Of a stretch of 64,000 nucleotides of DNA, positions 26,159 through 39,359 are shown piece after piece. How positions within the stretch are numbered: position 1 is the first letter of the stretch; each line of letters begins with the position of its first letter. Source of the DNA: Saccostrea echinata (lineage: Eukaryota); the NCBI RefSeq assembly GCF_033153115.1, contig NW_026889752.1, forward strand, positions 8,184,001 to 8,248,000. Direction: 5' to 3'. A model generated the notes under the pieces. That model was not told the origin of the DNA. It searched no databases and worked only from the letters and a program-made list of their open reading frames with translations. Position numbers and translations under genes: made by a program.

Positions 26159-26729
26159 TGAGTGATATCGGGAGAGGAAGGGTCACGGCTGCTTCAGGCC
26201 GCTCAGGAACCCCTACTATTAAAGTGGCGGCGCCCCCATTCATAGATTCTTTGTTAATGCATATACGACTGGGGTCTTGCGGTGAACTGAGCGGCACACA
26301 TCACTTTAACTATCATGTAATATATGTTCATTATTGGACCGCTGCACCACACAGGGTCACAGTGGAATGCCATGTAAATATTGTTACAGTAAACAAAAAA
26401 TGTTTATTTTCTTCCTTGACTTCTGCACCTTCCAGAGTCATGGATGGGTTAATATTATTGTTGCATTGCAATTTTTTATTATTTGACCTTGACCTCTGCA
26501 TCTTCCAGGGTCAAGGTCACTTGATATGTTGTATGTTGATGTTGAACTGAAATGTTGTTGTTGTACTGAAAGGTTGTTTTTGAGCTTGTGTTACTGGGCC
26601 TACCCGTTGCTTTGGAAGCCCGAAATAATATGTTGTTATATAATTCAGCCGTACCCAAAAGCGTCAAATAAATATAAAACCCATGAAAATTTGTGTTTGA
26701 TTTATTGCGCCTGTCCAAGTTAAATAAGA

Positions 26730-28520
26730 TTTAAACGCAAGTTGACAGGTACCACTGACTATACACAATGCTTCCTGGTCAGAAAATTATTAGAAGGTAT
26801 AAAACGTTCCCGAAAATCAGTTGACCGTTGTTTACCTATTACCAAAAACATTTTGAAAAAGCTCATACCAATTTCAAGTCTAGTATGCTCCTCTAATTTT
26901 GAAACATACCTATTTTGCTCTGCCTTTTCATTAGCGTACCAAACCTTCTTGAGAGTTGTTGAATTTACATGCAATAAAAAAGTGGCATTCACCATGTTAT
27001 TGGCATCAATGATATACAAATTTATACGATCAGTAAGTATTAATGATAACAGTTCCATATTCAAAGACTGATCAAACAGGAAATGGTTCAACAATTCAGT
27101 CGAACGAGTCAGTTATGCCTCCTACTTCATTTGCAAAGTAATTGTTTGTCTGTCAGACCAAAAATTAACGGTCCGCTTCCTGTTCACATAGACGGCAGCC
27201 CACTTACCCGTCATCAATTTACGTCTGTCCTTAATAAACCAATAAATATTTTAGGTCTTTCGAACTCACGTTACACTTCCCACTCGTTCCGAATTGGGGC
27301 TGCCTCGGACAGCTTTTCTAAACAGCATTCTGCATCCGAAAAAAAAAAAAAAAAGGTAGATGGATTTCTCATGCTTATAAAACTTATATCAGAAATCAGT
27401 GAGACAATTTATTACGCTGGGCAAGAAAAAAAGTATATGGATAGTTGAATCATCCATTATCAAATGGGCTTTCAAACGCGCAACCCTTTCAACTGAAAAA
27501 TCATATTTGTGACTCAGACGACTAAATTATCATATCCTTTCGCAGAGCAAAGGTGGTCTAATTTGGAGACAATTGTTTCTCCAAATTGAGTTACTATTAA
27601 GGTATGAATCATCGCCTAATATTTTAATTATTCACTGTGATGGTAATGATATTTGTATTGTGCCTTTACCTGAGCAACGCTTAAAGATGAGAGAAACAAT
27701 TCAAATGATTAGGTATAAACTTACAAATACTGTCCTTGGGTGGTCTCATATTCTTCCCAGAACTTCATGGCGCTTTAGTAAAAATGTTAAATCTCAAAAC
27801 CTTGCAGTCAAAGAATTAACAGTTTTATTGATGTTTCCTAGAGATATCTTGGGTTTCTAGAGGACTATTTGTTAAGGATACAGTTCATCTTTCTGAACTT
27901 GGCAATGACATACTATTATACAATTTACAACAAGTCTGCTCCCCTCAGTGGCGAACATTGGTGTCCGGCCATTGTAAGCGTCGCTTATCCTCCAATTTTA
28001 TTGGCGGTGGTTGTTCTCCCATCACTTAAACAACAATGTGGCGATTTTCCGCTACGCTTTTGGCTTTTATAGATTTGATAGAATTATTTTAATGAGTATC
28101 TGTTCCCAGTACCAGTCTAAATTTGTCTATCTTTCTCAATCATGAAGCCAATAATGTATAATGATAATGTCATAATGTACAATGCTATAATGTATAATGC
28201 TGAAGTGTATAATGTATGCATAATGAATGATGTATAATGATGGAATGCATAATGTTGAATAATGTATAATGATATCTTTGAGGGCTCCACATTGGACAGT
28301 GGGTTGAAATGATCAAAACAATGTTTTGACTAGCAGCCCTCAAATGAAAATGTGGCATATTAATGTTTAATGTAATGCATAATGTAATGTTTAATGTAAT
28401 GCATAATTGATTGTAGGGATAGCCAATTTATCACCCGGCTGCCCTAAGGCCGTGCTCTCGTTCGCCAACAACAAAAAATAAATCTTATTTAACTTTACAT
28501 TTGCCTTCATTGTCTATTAT
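26730..28520 (+). mobile_element. Outer Ngaro-like element, right part (rest of YR, SGNH, 3' region)
   Basis: FKRKLTGTTDYTQCFLVRKLLEG...DRCLPIT...LRVVEF...YTSHSFRIGAAS; SGNH remnants WIVESSIIKWAF, IIHCDGNDI, DTVHLS; TG-rich 3' region ending in aataaa. Confidence 0.88.
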
Positions 28521-29356
28521 AATAAAAAACATGCACTGACAAACAAACAACTTAAAAAGACAAAAATAAAAAAAAGCAAAATAAATGAATGTTATCCTTT
28601 TATTTCCTTTTCTACCAAAACTTTGGGCTTTTTTTTTGTAGCTTTGCTAAATCCAAAAACAAATTATTCTGACGTGTTACTCATCTACTTTACATTTAGA
28701 TGCTTATACAATTACATGTAAATGCATTTTCGTAATCTGAGCAATAAGCTGAGTAATGGCATATATTTGCATTGTTCCAGAAAGAGCTAGGTTCACTTTA
28801 TGCATAAAATGGCCCTATCTTTCTATCAATTAATTGACTATCACCCTCTGTCCCATTTCATATATCAAAATAAAGTAGAGACTTGGTGCTTTCATGTGAC
28901 CTTTTTTTTTTTTTTTGAGAATCCAGGTATTGGAAAACAGGATTTGAGAAAATTCAATTTGCAGAAAACATCTGTATTAGACTACCTTCAGCAAAGAATT
29001 AAATTACGAGCTCAGCCCACGATCCATAAATTAAAACATGTTTTGTGATCTTCAGAATCAGATCTTTCACTATGTAATTGCATACTTTGGATCAGAGGTT
29101 GTGCTCTATATGAAATATTGAAAAAAAATGCCTCAACTTTTGGCCATTTTTAAGTGAATTTACAGGATATGGGAAAAATGACGCATTTTATGACGTCATA
29201 ATGCAGTGACTAGAGAGAAAATGACGTCATGTTCAAAAGATACAAGGTCATCAAGGGTCCAAGTTATAAATACTGCATTTTCAACCAAAATGAGCAGTTT
29301 CCATTTTCAGAAATTCTCAGGGCCAAAAAAGGCCCTAATGCCTCTTGCTCTTTTAA

Positions 29357-29698
29357 GGACATACGCAACGTAGTTTGAACTTTATTGTCTTTTTCCCTGG
29401 AGTTGAAGAGTTCCAATACTTCAAAGACTTGTGTGCTACATTTTAATATCTATAAATGCTGTTGTACACTTCTTCTAAAACAAGTTTGGATAAACAAAAT
29501 ATCTAAAATATATGCTTAGTAATTTTTGTATATTTTTCTTTGAATTATGCAAGAATTTTCATCAATTGATATCTTTTTTAAACCCCTGGTAATGCATGCT
29601 TTTTTTTTTTTTTGTCTATGAACATTTGATGGCGCTATAATCTTAAATTAAGAATATCTTGAAAAATTATCATTAGGTAAGGTACGTTGCGTATGTCC
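29357..29698. mobile_element. Kolobok-type MITE (342 bp)
   Basis: Perfect TIR ggacatacgcaacgta / tacgttgcgtatgtcc flanked by TTAA on both sides. Confidence 0.85.
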
Positions 29699-30526
29699 TT
29701 AATTCTGATTTTGGTATTAATCAGATAATGTTTTATTCAATTTCGTCTCGATAAACAACCTCTAACATTTTCTTTTTAGTGTGTTCTCTTTGTTTCGATG
29801 CAATTTAAATCGAACTACATGCAACGTTAGAGCTCAGCGAAAGTCGTACAAGTTATCCCCCGTAACATCTCGTTGTTTGAGACGGCAGTCTGATCTTTAG
29901 GGTAGATTTCTGAAGAAATATAGCGATTTTCGAGAATATAGAACAATGTGACATGTTTGAGGGTACATTAAAGTTTTAAGGAAAAAAATTATAACGAGTG
30001 CACTAGCCAACAATAAACAATTGTTTATTTTTCAGTAAGGTATACCCTTGACTTCACGGAGCTAGTTAGGCTTTTGTTGACCACGACCAAAGTCCAAAGT
30101 AATAGAAACCTTGCCTAGAATTAAAAAAAAAATCAGTACCTGCCTTCTAAGTAAGCAGCATTTTACACAATACAATTTTTCACACTATCGATCTAGATAT
30201 TTTTAAAACATGTATTTTCATATCTTTGTATAAAAAATACAACTCACTGTGTTGTATTTCAACAAATATTTACAATTTGTTATCGGATTAACAACTAAAA
30301 AGAGGAATGTATACTCAACCATAAAATGATTTTGGAGGTCTACATATCATTTCTGAAAGCTTTAAAAAATAATTAACGAAGGATTCTTCATTGAATTACA
30401 ATATAAATAAATAAGCGTAACTTTTTGCGCCTTAGAGTAAGGATGTTTGGAAATGAATTTGAAAAAAAAAGTTCAATAGTTCTGAAGATTAACTTAAATT
30501 TAGAAACAAACCGCGGGGTGAAAATA

Positions 30527-31439
30527 CGAGGGTTGTTAGAAAAGTTTGCGAACACATTGATTTACGGAAAATATAATGTGTATTTTGAAGAACGGTATAT
30601 GTCTGATTAAATTCTTATCTTTTGTTTGTTAGTTTGCAAAAAAAGTTAAGCTTATTCTGTGTTCTAAGCATGTTTCATTTTTATATTGAATGACTATTTC
30701 AAGACATGCTACATTTTTCTAAAATGCCTTTTCTGGCGTATTGGATATTAGTGAGATCTTAAAATCAATGTTTACGCACTTAAGCAATTAGCAATCAGGA
30801 AAGGAAACAATGCAAAATCCAGAGGCGCAACGTCCATATCATAAGCGGGATACTGGGGTATCGCAGTTGATCATCAAAAATGTCAATCCTTCCATTCTTA
30901 TAAAGCCACTACCATTTGAACACTTTGTTCCTAGATACATGTAGGCAGTCCCAAACAGCATCCAAAAACATTTTAATTTCTTTCGGACATTTTCCTGTCT
31001 GTAGACATAACTTTTTTAATAGATCGGTGCTCCAAGACTTTAAATGACGTTGCCATTCCTCACTTTGTTTTTTACGCACTGGTCATCTATAATTATCGAT
31101 TAAATAGTCAAATCACCTCCAATTCAATGAAAAAAAATCGCCAAATGACGTTCCATGAATATTGTAGCGACAGGTGAAATATAATTAATCTTTATGCGCT
31201 ACAACAGTGCAATTTTTGATTTCGCAAAAATGTCTATGTAATATGAATGTACGTAAAATGACATGCTCTTAGAAGCATGTTTTAATTAAATAATATATGT
31301 GACGCTGTATATTTTTTAAAGATCATAGGAAAACACCAAATATTTGCATATTTATTGGAAAATACTTATAGTTTTTATCTGCAGAGTTAGTGGCGAGCTC
31401 ACTATAGAACTTGTCCGCGAACTTTTCTAACAACCATCG
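30527..31439. mobile_element. Mariner-type MITE
   Basis: TIR cgagggttgttagaaaagtttgcg / cgcgaacttttctaacaaccatcg flanked by TA on both sides. Confidence 0.85.
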
Positions 31440-31689
31440 TACATATATATATCCACAACATCCTACAAGTACAGTTCCCTACAGTGGACCAAGTATGGCT
31501 ACTGTTATCCTAGAGTAACCTACGGTATGCCACCGTATATCGCCCTAGTATGCCCTTGTCTGATTCACTGAGCAAAACTGTGGATTTATAGAAGACTTTC
31601 GAAGCTAATTAAGTGAAATTTCCTGATAAAAAAAGAAAGGATGCTTAAATTGTCTTGTTCAAAAATTTATTGAATATGTTTACATGCAC

Positions 31690-32190
31690 ATTCACTTGTC
31701 AGTGTTTTTTTCTGCTGTTTATGCTGGGCTACAATTTGACCTTGTGCATCAATGCACAAAGTAGATATAGCATTATCTTACTAGGATCTCTAACCATCGG
31801 TGTACTCAAATTTACCAAATTGCCACTTATACTTTTGCTTTTTTGTAATCTCTTCAACACGATGACCAAACGTAAAATTGGTCATGTTTGTCATTGGTGG
31901 CATTATTCGTTGCAACTGTTGAACAACAGCACTACCTGTGATGTGATTTGTTACTAATGACTGTGATACTATAGTAGGATTTGAGATTGTCAGTTGTAAG
32001 CCTGAGTTGACCCCGCTGCTGACTGCTGCAGTGTAGTTTGGACTTGTGAGGCCTGGACTGGTCATGAGTGCTGTTTTGCCAAAGGCTGCTGTGATTGTGT
32101 AGCCCCAGGAACGGATGGGTCCATGCCTTCATCCACGTGACTTGCCTTTCACTTGTTGCCCCTTCAGCTACTAGGTTTCTTTAGCATGAT
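31690..32190 (-). pseudogene. Relic gag of a third Ngaro/DIRS-like element
   Basis: Frameshifted FGHRVEEITKKQK/ISGNLVNLSTPMVRDPSK/ISTLCIDAQGQIVAQHKQ parallels inner gag LGMHIIQSLKQRIIEGQFVELQSL...LTLSATGEIVTK; Q/S/T-rich upstream. Confidence 0.6.
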
Positions 32191-32977
32191 AGTTATTCTT
32201 AAGCTTATTTTGCGATTGAAACTTTTAGAAAAAGAAAGATTCTAGGTAATGTTGGTTATGAGTTTGCATATGCTCAACCAAGAAAAATTCACAAGAAGAA
32301 AACATATCATCCGTAATATGCGCAGGGATAAATCTGCATATTTTCAGTTTAAATATGCAATATAAGATTCATTTTAGAAATAATAATGAAACGATGCTTT
32401 CTAGGTCAAGATATCACGTTGTTTATCTATGCTTGTAAAAGAATGTAGCCATCAGCAAGAATTATCTTAACTTTTTCTTTTGGTTATGAAAAAAAAAAAA
32501 TGCACTGATAATAAAAATACTCTACATGCTACACTGTAAATTATACTTCTTATGAAGTTCTTATAAAGAAATAGAAATATTTTAATTTGTCACAGGAAAA
32601 TAAATTGGGTGGAAATGTTTAAGGCAGAAAACTATTAATAACTACCATTTATATTAGCAAAAAGAAAACACAAGGCAATGTTAGAAACGTTAAAACTTTC
32701 TGCTAAGGATGTGATTGTCATGTAGGAATATTATGGTGAATCAAGTAAATGAGTAAAAAATAATACCTGATAAAACGAATTCATGGACTTTTTTTAAAAT
32801 TTATATTCTTCGGAAGTTATCACTTATCAAAGGGACATTAGAGCTTAAGCTTTGAATATTTGGAAAAAGCTTGAGATACAATGTATTATTGTATCATGCG
32901 TTATATGTATTATGTATTCTAGTATGTATTATAACATATATCTTTAAAATACTTTGTATACATGTATATCTGATCTG

Positions 32978-33014
<37 letters not shown>

Positions 33015-33590
33015 GATAAAGCATAACTCTCGAATTGTTATAAAATAACTAGTACATGTATTATATCAAACAACAAATTTAAATTAAAAGAAAAATATGA
33101 AAGGATTATTTTTTTGTTAACCACATAAATATATTATATTTGTATATGCATAAATTATATTTTGAACATTACATATTTAAACCTGAACCAACAAAATGCA
33201 TTCAAAAGTTGAATTTATCGTCACCCTATATCGTTTTTTCCTATCTCGCTTGCCTAATTGCCTAATAAGAGTATGAGGTTTAACGTGCATATATTAAATA
33301 CTCCATACTGTACACGAAACTGATACTTAAATCAATCACATGGTTGTTTAAGAAAAACATAGTAAGCAAATGTAAAACTATTTTCGAACTTTGATTAAAA
33401 AAAACCGTAATGTAAATGACAAAGTCTTCGCCTTTTTCGACTAAAATGACCTTTATGCTGAGAGGAAATTGAATTGAATTGGATAGATTCTTAAACAATT
33501 TATTGTATTATTTTCACTTACAGAGGGACAGACGGACAGAGTCGGAGGAAACCTATAGTCCCTTCCGGATTCACCGGTAGGGGACTAATA

Positions 33591-33690
33591 AGGAAACTTG
33601 ACGATAGAAATGTTGAAGTCATCACGTTTATCACTAGGTTTTGGTTTTAGGTTACCATTAACATCTTTTTTTCTTTTTAGGTAGATTTTT
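33591..33690 (-). mobile_element. Tiny Naiad-type RT fragment
   Basis: Matches 39781-39870 (D.NGNL.....DKRDDFNISIVKF). Confidence 0.65.
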
Positions 33691-34189
33691 TTGAAAAAGA
33701 AAAATCTACTTAATATGAATTTAAAATGTATGTCTCCTAACAAGGGGGCACAATTAGTACCAATGGGAATTCGACAGATTATACATCACAGTTGTTGTCA
33801 ATCATAAACTCAAACATCTTTTTAATGTCAATTACGGAGTACATGTGTGTAAAATTAGAATGCATTCACCAAAAAAAAAAAAAAAAAAAAAAAAATGCAA
33901 ATGACCAATGACAAGGTAGGTAAGTTTCCGAGTTCCATTTTCATTAAAAAAGCAGCTTTCTATGATGTAAAAAAGCCTCGATTTTAGTTGATCACTGGGA
34001 ATTGTTGTTTAAAGTGTTGAAAAGTCGTAAAAGCTCTACAGGGATCGAAATCTCTCTCATTGAAAAATTATAGGTAGAGATTTGTTTGTATCAAAACATA
34101 CACTAGGCAAAATTACTAATCCCCCACCGAAGAAAATTAATATTTTACTTTTCAAAACTTGTTTATGGTGCATTTAATACATACATGTA

Positions 34190-34498
34190 ATTATTTGTTT
34201 GTTTGATTGTTTGTTGTTTAACGTCCCTCTCAAGAATTTTCCACTCATATGGAGACGCCGTCACTTGCCGGTGTAGGGCTGCAAATTTGGACCTATACTC
34301 GGCACTCAAGGCCACTGAGCAATGAGAGATCTTTATCGTGCCACCATCTTTTGCGACACGGGACCTCAGTTTATACGGTCTCATCCGAAGGACCGGTCTT
34401 CACGTCTTGCAGTGGATTCGATCCCGCGACGTAATGATCAGCTCCTTATTCCGCGACTCTAGAGCAGACGCTCTAACCACTGCGCCACGCGGGCGACT
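34190..34498 (-). mobile_element. Full-length tRNA-derived SINE with Deu/Nin-like central domain
   Basis: Minus-strand head gtcgcccgcgTGGCGCAGTGGttagagcg (A box) ... GGATCGAATCC (B box); core cggatgagaccgtataaactgaggtcccgtgtc; (aaac)n tail. Confidence 0.85.
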
Positions 34499-34681
34499 AT
34501 ACATGTTATTATGTTATTTAAGTAAGAAATGATGTGTTTAATATCTTAACTGATAAATAACTACAATGTTAACTGAAGCGAAACCATTTCATAGAAAAAA
34601 AATAATAAAATCGTGTCCGTACTCTTTTGGAGGAATTAATTTTTATTTTTTTTCTTTGTGTTTGTGTTCTGTATGTTTCTA

Positions 34682-34732
<51 letters not shown>

Positions 34733-34866
34733 AGGAAAAAGCTATAATATCTTATGTGGCGTTTGGCTCTAGAAGAGCATGCTAAAGCAGCCAGTATGGT
34801 TTCTGCAGGGGTTCATTTGGAGAAATCTATGAAAAATTAAAACAATTTAAAGATTATTCATTCCTC

Positions 34867-35755
34867 TACGCAGCTATGTTAAGGCTTTCCGAAGCCTTAA
34901 ATGCGCTCAGAACATAATATGTCATTGCGAGGTCGGTTTTGGTTTTAATTTATAAATATTGAACTTAAGTAATCCCATTTTATATAGAGGGTTTCCTCGG
35001 CTATATATTAACATAACATGACTTTGTTGATCACGTGACGGTCATTTATAACTTTTTGAAGTGTTCCATATAAATCGCTTCTGCAGCTGATTAATACAAT
35101 AGTTATTAACAGTTTGTTATATAAATAAACTCATCGTATCCTTGTGTATCCGAAATGTGTTTGGGAAAGTCATAGTATTACTTAGATACAAAATATTTCT
35201 TGAGAAATTCAACTTACCTACAAATTTAAGGGTATTTTCCACACAATATCGTAATCTGTATTAAAACAAAGCCAACACACATTTTTCCTAAGCAAGATTC
35301 AGTTAGAGAACAACCTCTTCTTACAGATTTCCACAAAAATTCTCAGATTAATCCTCATTAATCACCTGCGCCAGACTCCTTCATACACACAAAATAAATT
35401 CTACCTCCAACCACGGGTATAAAACAGAGTACATTTCAAAAGTAAATTTTTCATAAGCATTTTGAACATGCTGAATTTAAATCAATGGTAGGTAAACGGT
35501 GTACTTTTAAAATATTCGGACATATAAGACTTAAAAAACCTTTAACAACCCGTGTATTTTGCAATAGCTATCTAGCATTTTACATGCAGTTTGAAATAGA
35601 GTGTAAAGTTCATGACACTCTCCCCGTCATAACACCTCAAGTTTGCATTGACTTGACGTCATTTTCCATTATGACGTCATATTTTGGTAGTTCAGAGATG
35701 TGAAGGCACAGAGTGCACTGTGATATTATACGGGAAGCTTTAGCCTACCTGCGTG
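34867..35755. mobile_element. ~890-bp MITE, copy 2
   Basis: Highly similar to 14854-15760 with the same imperfect TIRs; flanks differ. Confidence 0.85.
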
Positions 35756-38639
35756 ATGAAAAATTGTTGCAAATAGATTAACAAACAAGAAAAACGTTTA
35801 CTATAGATGTCAATGGCATTAAGTAAGCAGCGCACAATTTCAAAATTGTTCAACAGAATTGGGACAACCGGAAGTTGGGTGGATTGGGTATGGACACCAA
35901 GGCACTAAATAGGCGATATGATTGTCAATCGCTGTATGTTATTTTATTTTTAACTGGGAGACTGGTTCTGTCGGAAACTCAAGGTCCACCTTCGGTAATC
36001 AACAACTTCATATCTGGTCAAAAATGGTACTCAGTGCACCTTGGGAAATTGGTTTTCGGGGAAGAAGGTCAATTAATGGTATTGTCATGACACCAAGACA
36101 TTTGTCAATCCCACTGTATTGGAAAAATATGGCATATTATATACTGTAAACGTATAACATTTTGCTGTGTATTCTTTTTAGCGCCTTTGGCGGAAAGAAA
36201 CATCCGCTAATTCAAGTGCAACGCTAAATGTCTTGCACATATATACACAAATAAGAACATTAAGAAATGTGCTAAATCAAATCTAAGCTAATTTGTTCAA
36301 AAATCAATTTCCGCCAAATTTCGTACACGCTAAATATACTCACAGTAATACAATTACAGTATATTACTACCGATCAGGCAAATGTTCAATCCGCAAATAA
36401 AAATAACAAGTGGTGCGTTACAATTTTTTCTAGTGTATATTCAGGGAATTCTACCCCATTTATTAATTTTCGATTGATCGAATTACCGATTCCATGTCCA
36501 TTTCTTATCTGGATTTTTTTTTTAAAAAGCAAAATAGAACACTCGGACTCTCTAACATGTTGAAGTTTACATTTCCATTAATGATGACATCTATTTCTAT
36601 TGCAGTCATGTCCCTTGGTATTATTTTTCAATTTGACAAACTTGAAAAGAAGAATGAATTGAGGGATATGGCGTATGACATAAGACTGATTGAATAAAAG
36701 TAAAATAAAAAAAAATAAAAAAAAAGAAAAAAAAACTTAGGGAAATAAGTTTTGAAGATTGATAAGGATAAAACCTTTTGTGATTTCTAATTTTAATTTA
36801 ACAGTTAGTAAAATGCGGACTTTAAAACAGCAAAACTCATATTACCTTACCTATGAAAACAGACACACAATCACCATAAATACAGATCGATTCATTGTTA
36901 AATGAATGATTGAAACAATCGCCTGCAACAGTCTAATAAATATAGAAGTTTACTTGCATGGCAGTTTCATCAATTTAATGGTTATTACATATTAAAAAGA
37001 TAATTCACGCTTTCCCTACAGTCGGAAAATTATTGCAATCGACATGAATAATGTGCGTTTTGATCAGAGGGAGAATTGAGTATCTCGCATTTAATATACA
37101 GTTCTTTCACTTTGGCTCCAGTCTACCGATTGACACAGTGTAAACATGTAGCATACAATCATACACAGGGTAAGACTTGCATTGGACAGAACTATAAAAA
37201 TCGCACCCTTCTCCTGTACATGCATTCTCAAAATATTTGGTTAACAAAGTCTCTGGATTCATATAATGACAATATCAAGTCGATATCATTCCAAAAAATA
37301 GCAAAGTGAAATAAAAATCTTTGTCATGTCACCTGTCACTTTACGTATTAAATGCGTTATACACGTACAAAATGTGGATAGCAACTCTCTACAATGTCTA
37401 TTCTTCAGTTTAGAAAAAATAAATATATAAGGATAGCCTTCTATATAATTATTCATAATTAGTTTGTCTTGACGTCAATATATTTATCAATAATTCAGTT
37501 GTACTTGAGCAATAAATAGTTATCATCCATGGGTTATAAAAATCAATTTCGACTGAATAATACCATAGATTTTTTTTTTAATATCTATGAAAACCTCAGA
37601 CAAAGATTCATTTGACAGTCAGCCTTTCTTTGTAAAGATTCCATTTTTATTCATAGAAAGAACAAGCAAGGACTGTAATTGTCAATTTTAAGGAATCTTT
37701 TTCGATTAACAAAACACTATACATATATGTTTTTTTAAGCACACAACAAATAGTAATAGATAAAACACTATTTACTTTAACATAAACGTAATTTGTTAAT
37801 ATTGCTCATATTTCTATTTGCAAATATTAAAAACGTTCTCTTTCATCACTGAAATTCATTCAGGGTAAAAACAAGATCAAAGTACAATTTGAAATAGTCA
37901 CATCTGTTACTTGATCAAATGAGAAAAATTAAACGGGCATTTATGAGAAATCAGATACCGATGGTATCAAAGATGAGAGTGTTTCTTGTAATCCATCTAT
38001 ATCTGAATGTAGAATTTCAGCAATTCAAGGAAATTAAATATTGATATTTACATTGCAGTAGGTCAAATTGCTGATACTGGAAACAGTTTGAAATGCGTTT
38101 TCTAAAATAATTTAAAAAAAAATCTATATTTATATATTTTTCTTTTATCTCACAGATCAAGTATATTTCTACCATCATGTATTTTTTCGATTCATAAAAT
38201 CTCAAACTTTCATCTAATCTTTGTTCTATTGCTCAAAATTTCTTTAGATATTTATGGTGGTTTGCATACGACTCCTACTATTTCATAACACGCATATATC
38301 AGATTTTGATTAACCTTTAACATTATTATTTAAAACGTAAATCATGTACATTGTCACTCAGTTTTTATATTTAAATGAATATTGAGTAACTTTATTGAAC
38401 TATTCATGACTATAACAAAAGTTCGAGGAAAGATAGTTTGGGGTAGTGGTTTGCAGGTATTGTGTGTCGAAAATAACATGGAGAAAAATACCCCCCACCC
38501 CCCCACCCCACCCCCACCCCTGTAAGTAAAATAACCAAGTGTACGGTAGGTCAAAGTTTGAATGTAACTTTACAAAACAATATGAAGATAACAATTTGTA
38601 ATCATGCTCGAAAGTCTATTGTAACAATACAAATTGAAA

Positions 38640-38715
38640 GAAAGCAAATACGGACCACTAAAAACAGAGGTGGGATCAGGGGCCATGAAGAAGCAAGCAT
38701 CCATGAACGACCTAA
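38640..38715 (-). mobile_element. Isolated Naiad-type 3' end motif
   Basis: Similar to 39361-39435 (gcaaa.acggacc...aggtgggatca.g.gccatg.ag.ag..agcatcc). Confidence 0.65.
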
Positions 38716-39359
38716 TCTGAGGCAGTGATAGATACTTATAACAATATGAATACCAGCTTGTTTTTGGAAAAGAATACATAAGAGAATTCTCAGATTCTCG
38801 TTACCAAGGACATGACATATGTCTGCTTTTATATATATATATGTATGTATATAGGATGAAGGTAATGCTTATGTTCTTCTGTATATAGATTGAGATCCAT
38901 GCTCATTCTTCTATTATTTGTAAATATTAATAGACATCAAGAAAATAAGATTCTTCTTTTATTCATAAATATCAATAAACGTCTAGAAAATAGGCCTATG
39001 CTTGCGCATACTACAGTTACCGAACAACTTTGATTGTTTCAACTCGCAACTATGCGACAAGAAAAGTGTAGTTTCTATAAGAAAAAAAAAAAACAATACA
39101 GCACATGAATATGCAGAATCTATGAAAAAACAAAAAAAAAAAAAAAAAAAAAAAAAAATACCAGTACGGCACATATAAAAACTTTGTGTTAATTCTTTAT
39201 TGAAAAATAAATAAAACTTTCGCATAAATAATAATAAAATAAAATAAAAAAAATAATAATAAATGCAATGTTGCCTGTTCCTCCTTCTTCTGTGAAATAT
39301 ATGGAGATAACGAACAGTATTTAAGCTCAAAAGTCCATTAAACATTACAAAATAGATGC

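Larger units (their letters stand above)
20754..26729 (+). mobile_element. Inner near-full-length Ngaro-like tyrosine-recombinase retrotransposon (gag, RT/RH, YR, SGNH hydrolase), decayed
   Basis: Diagnostic domain order; boundaries are defined by interruption of the outer element's YR reading frame. Confidence 0.92.
32410..37560 (-). pseudogene. Decayed tandem paralog of the PAN-EGF-FReD gene (exon 1 ~37020-37345, exon 2 36851-36932, intron-4-like sequence 32410-33300)
   Basis: 36780-37560 aligns with 17060-17870; exon 2 reads TVAGDCFNHSFNNESICIYGDCVSVFI; exon 1 has a stop and frameshifts; 32410-33260 aligns with 11985-12750. No fibrinogen-domain exons found. Confidence 0.85.

Noticed and set aside
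28630-29346. Possible Kolobok-like element ending ggccctaatgcctctt
   Set aside because: Only one plausible terminus found.
34400-34498. tRNA gene
   Set aside because: A and B boxes are present but continue into a SINE body and tail; no clean cloverleaf.
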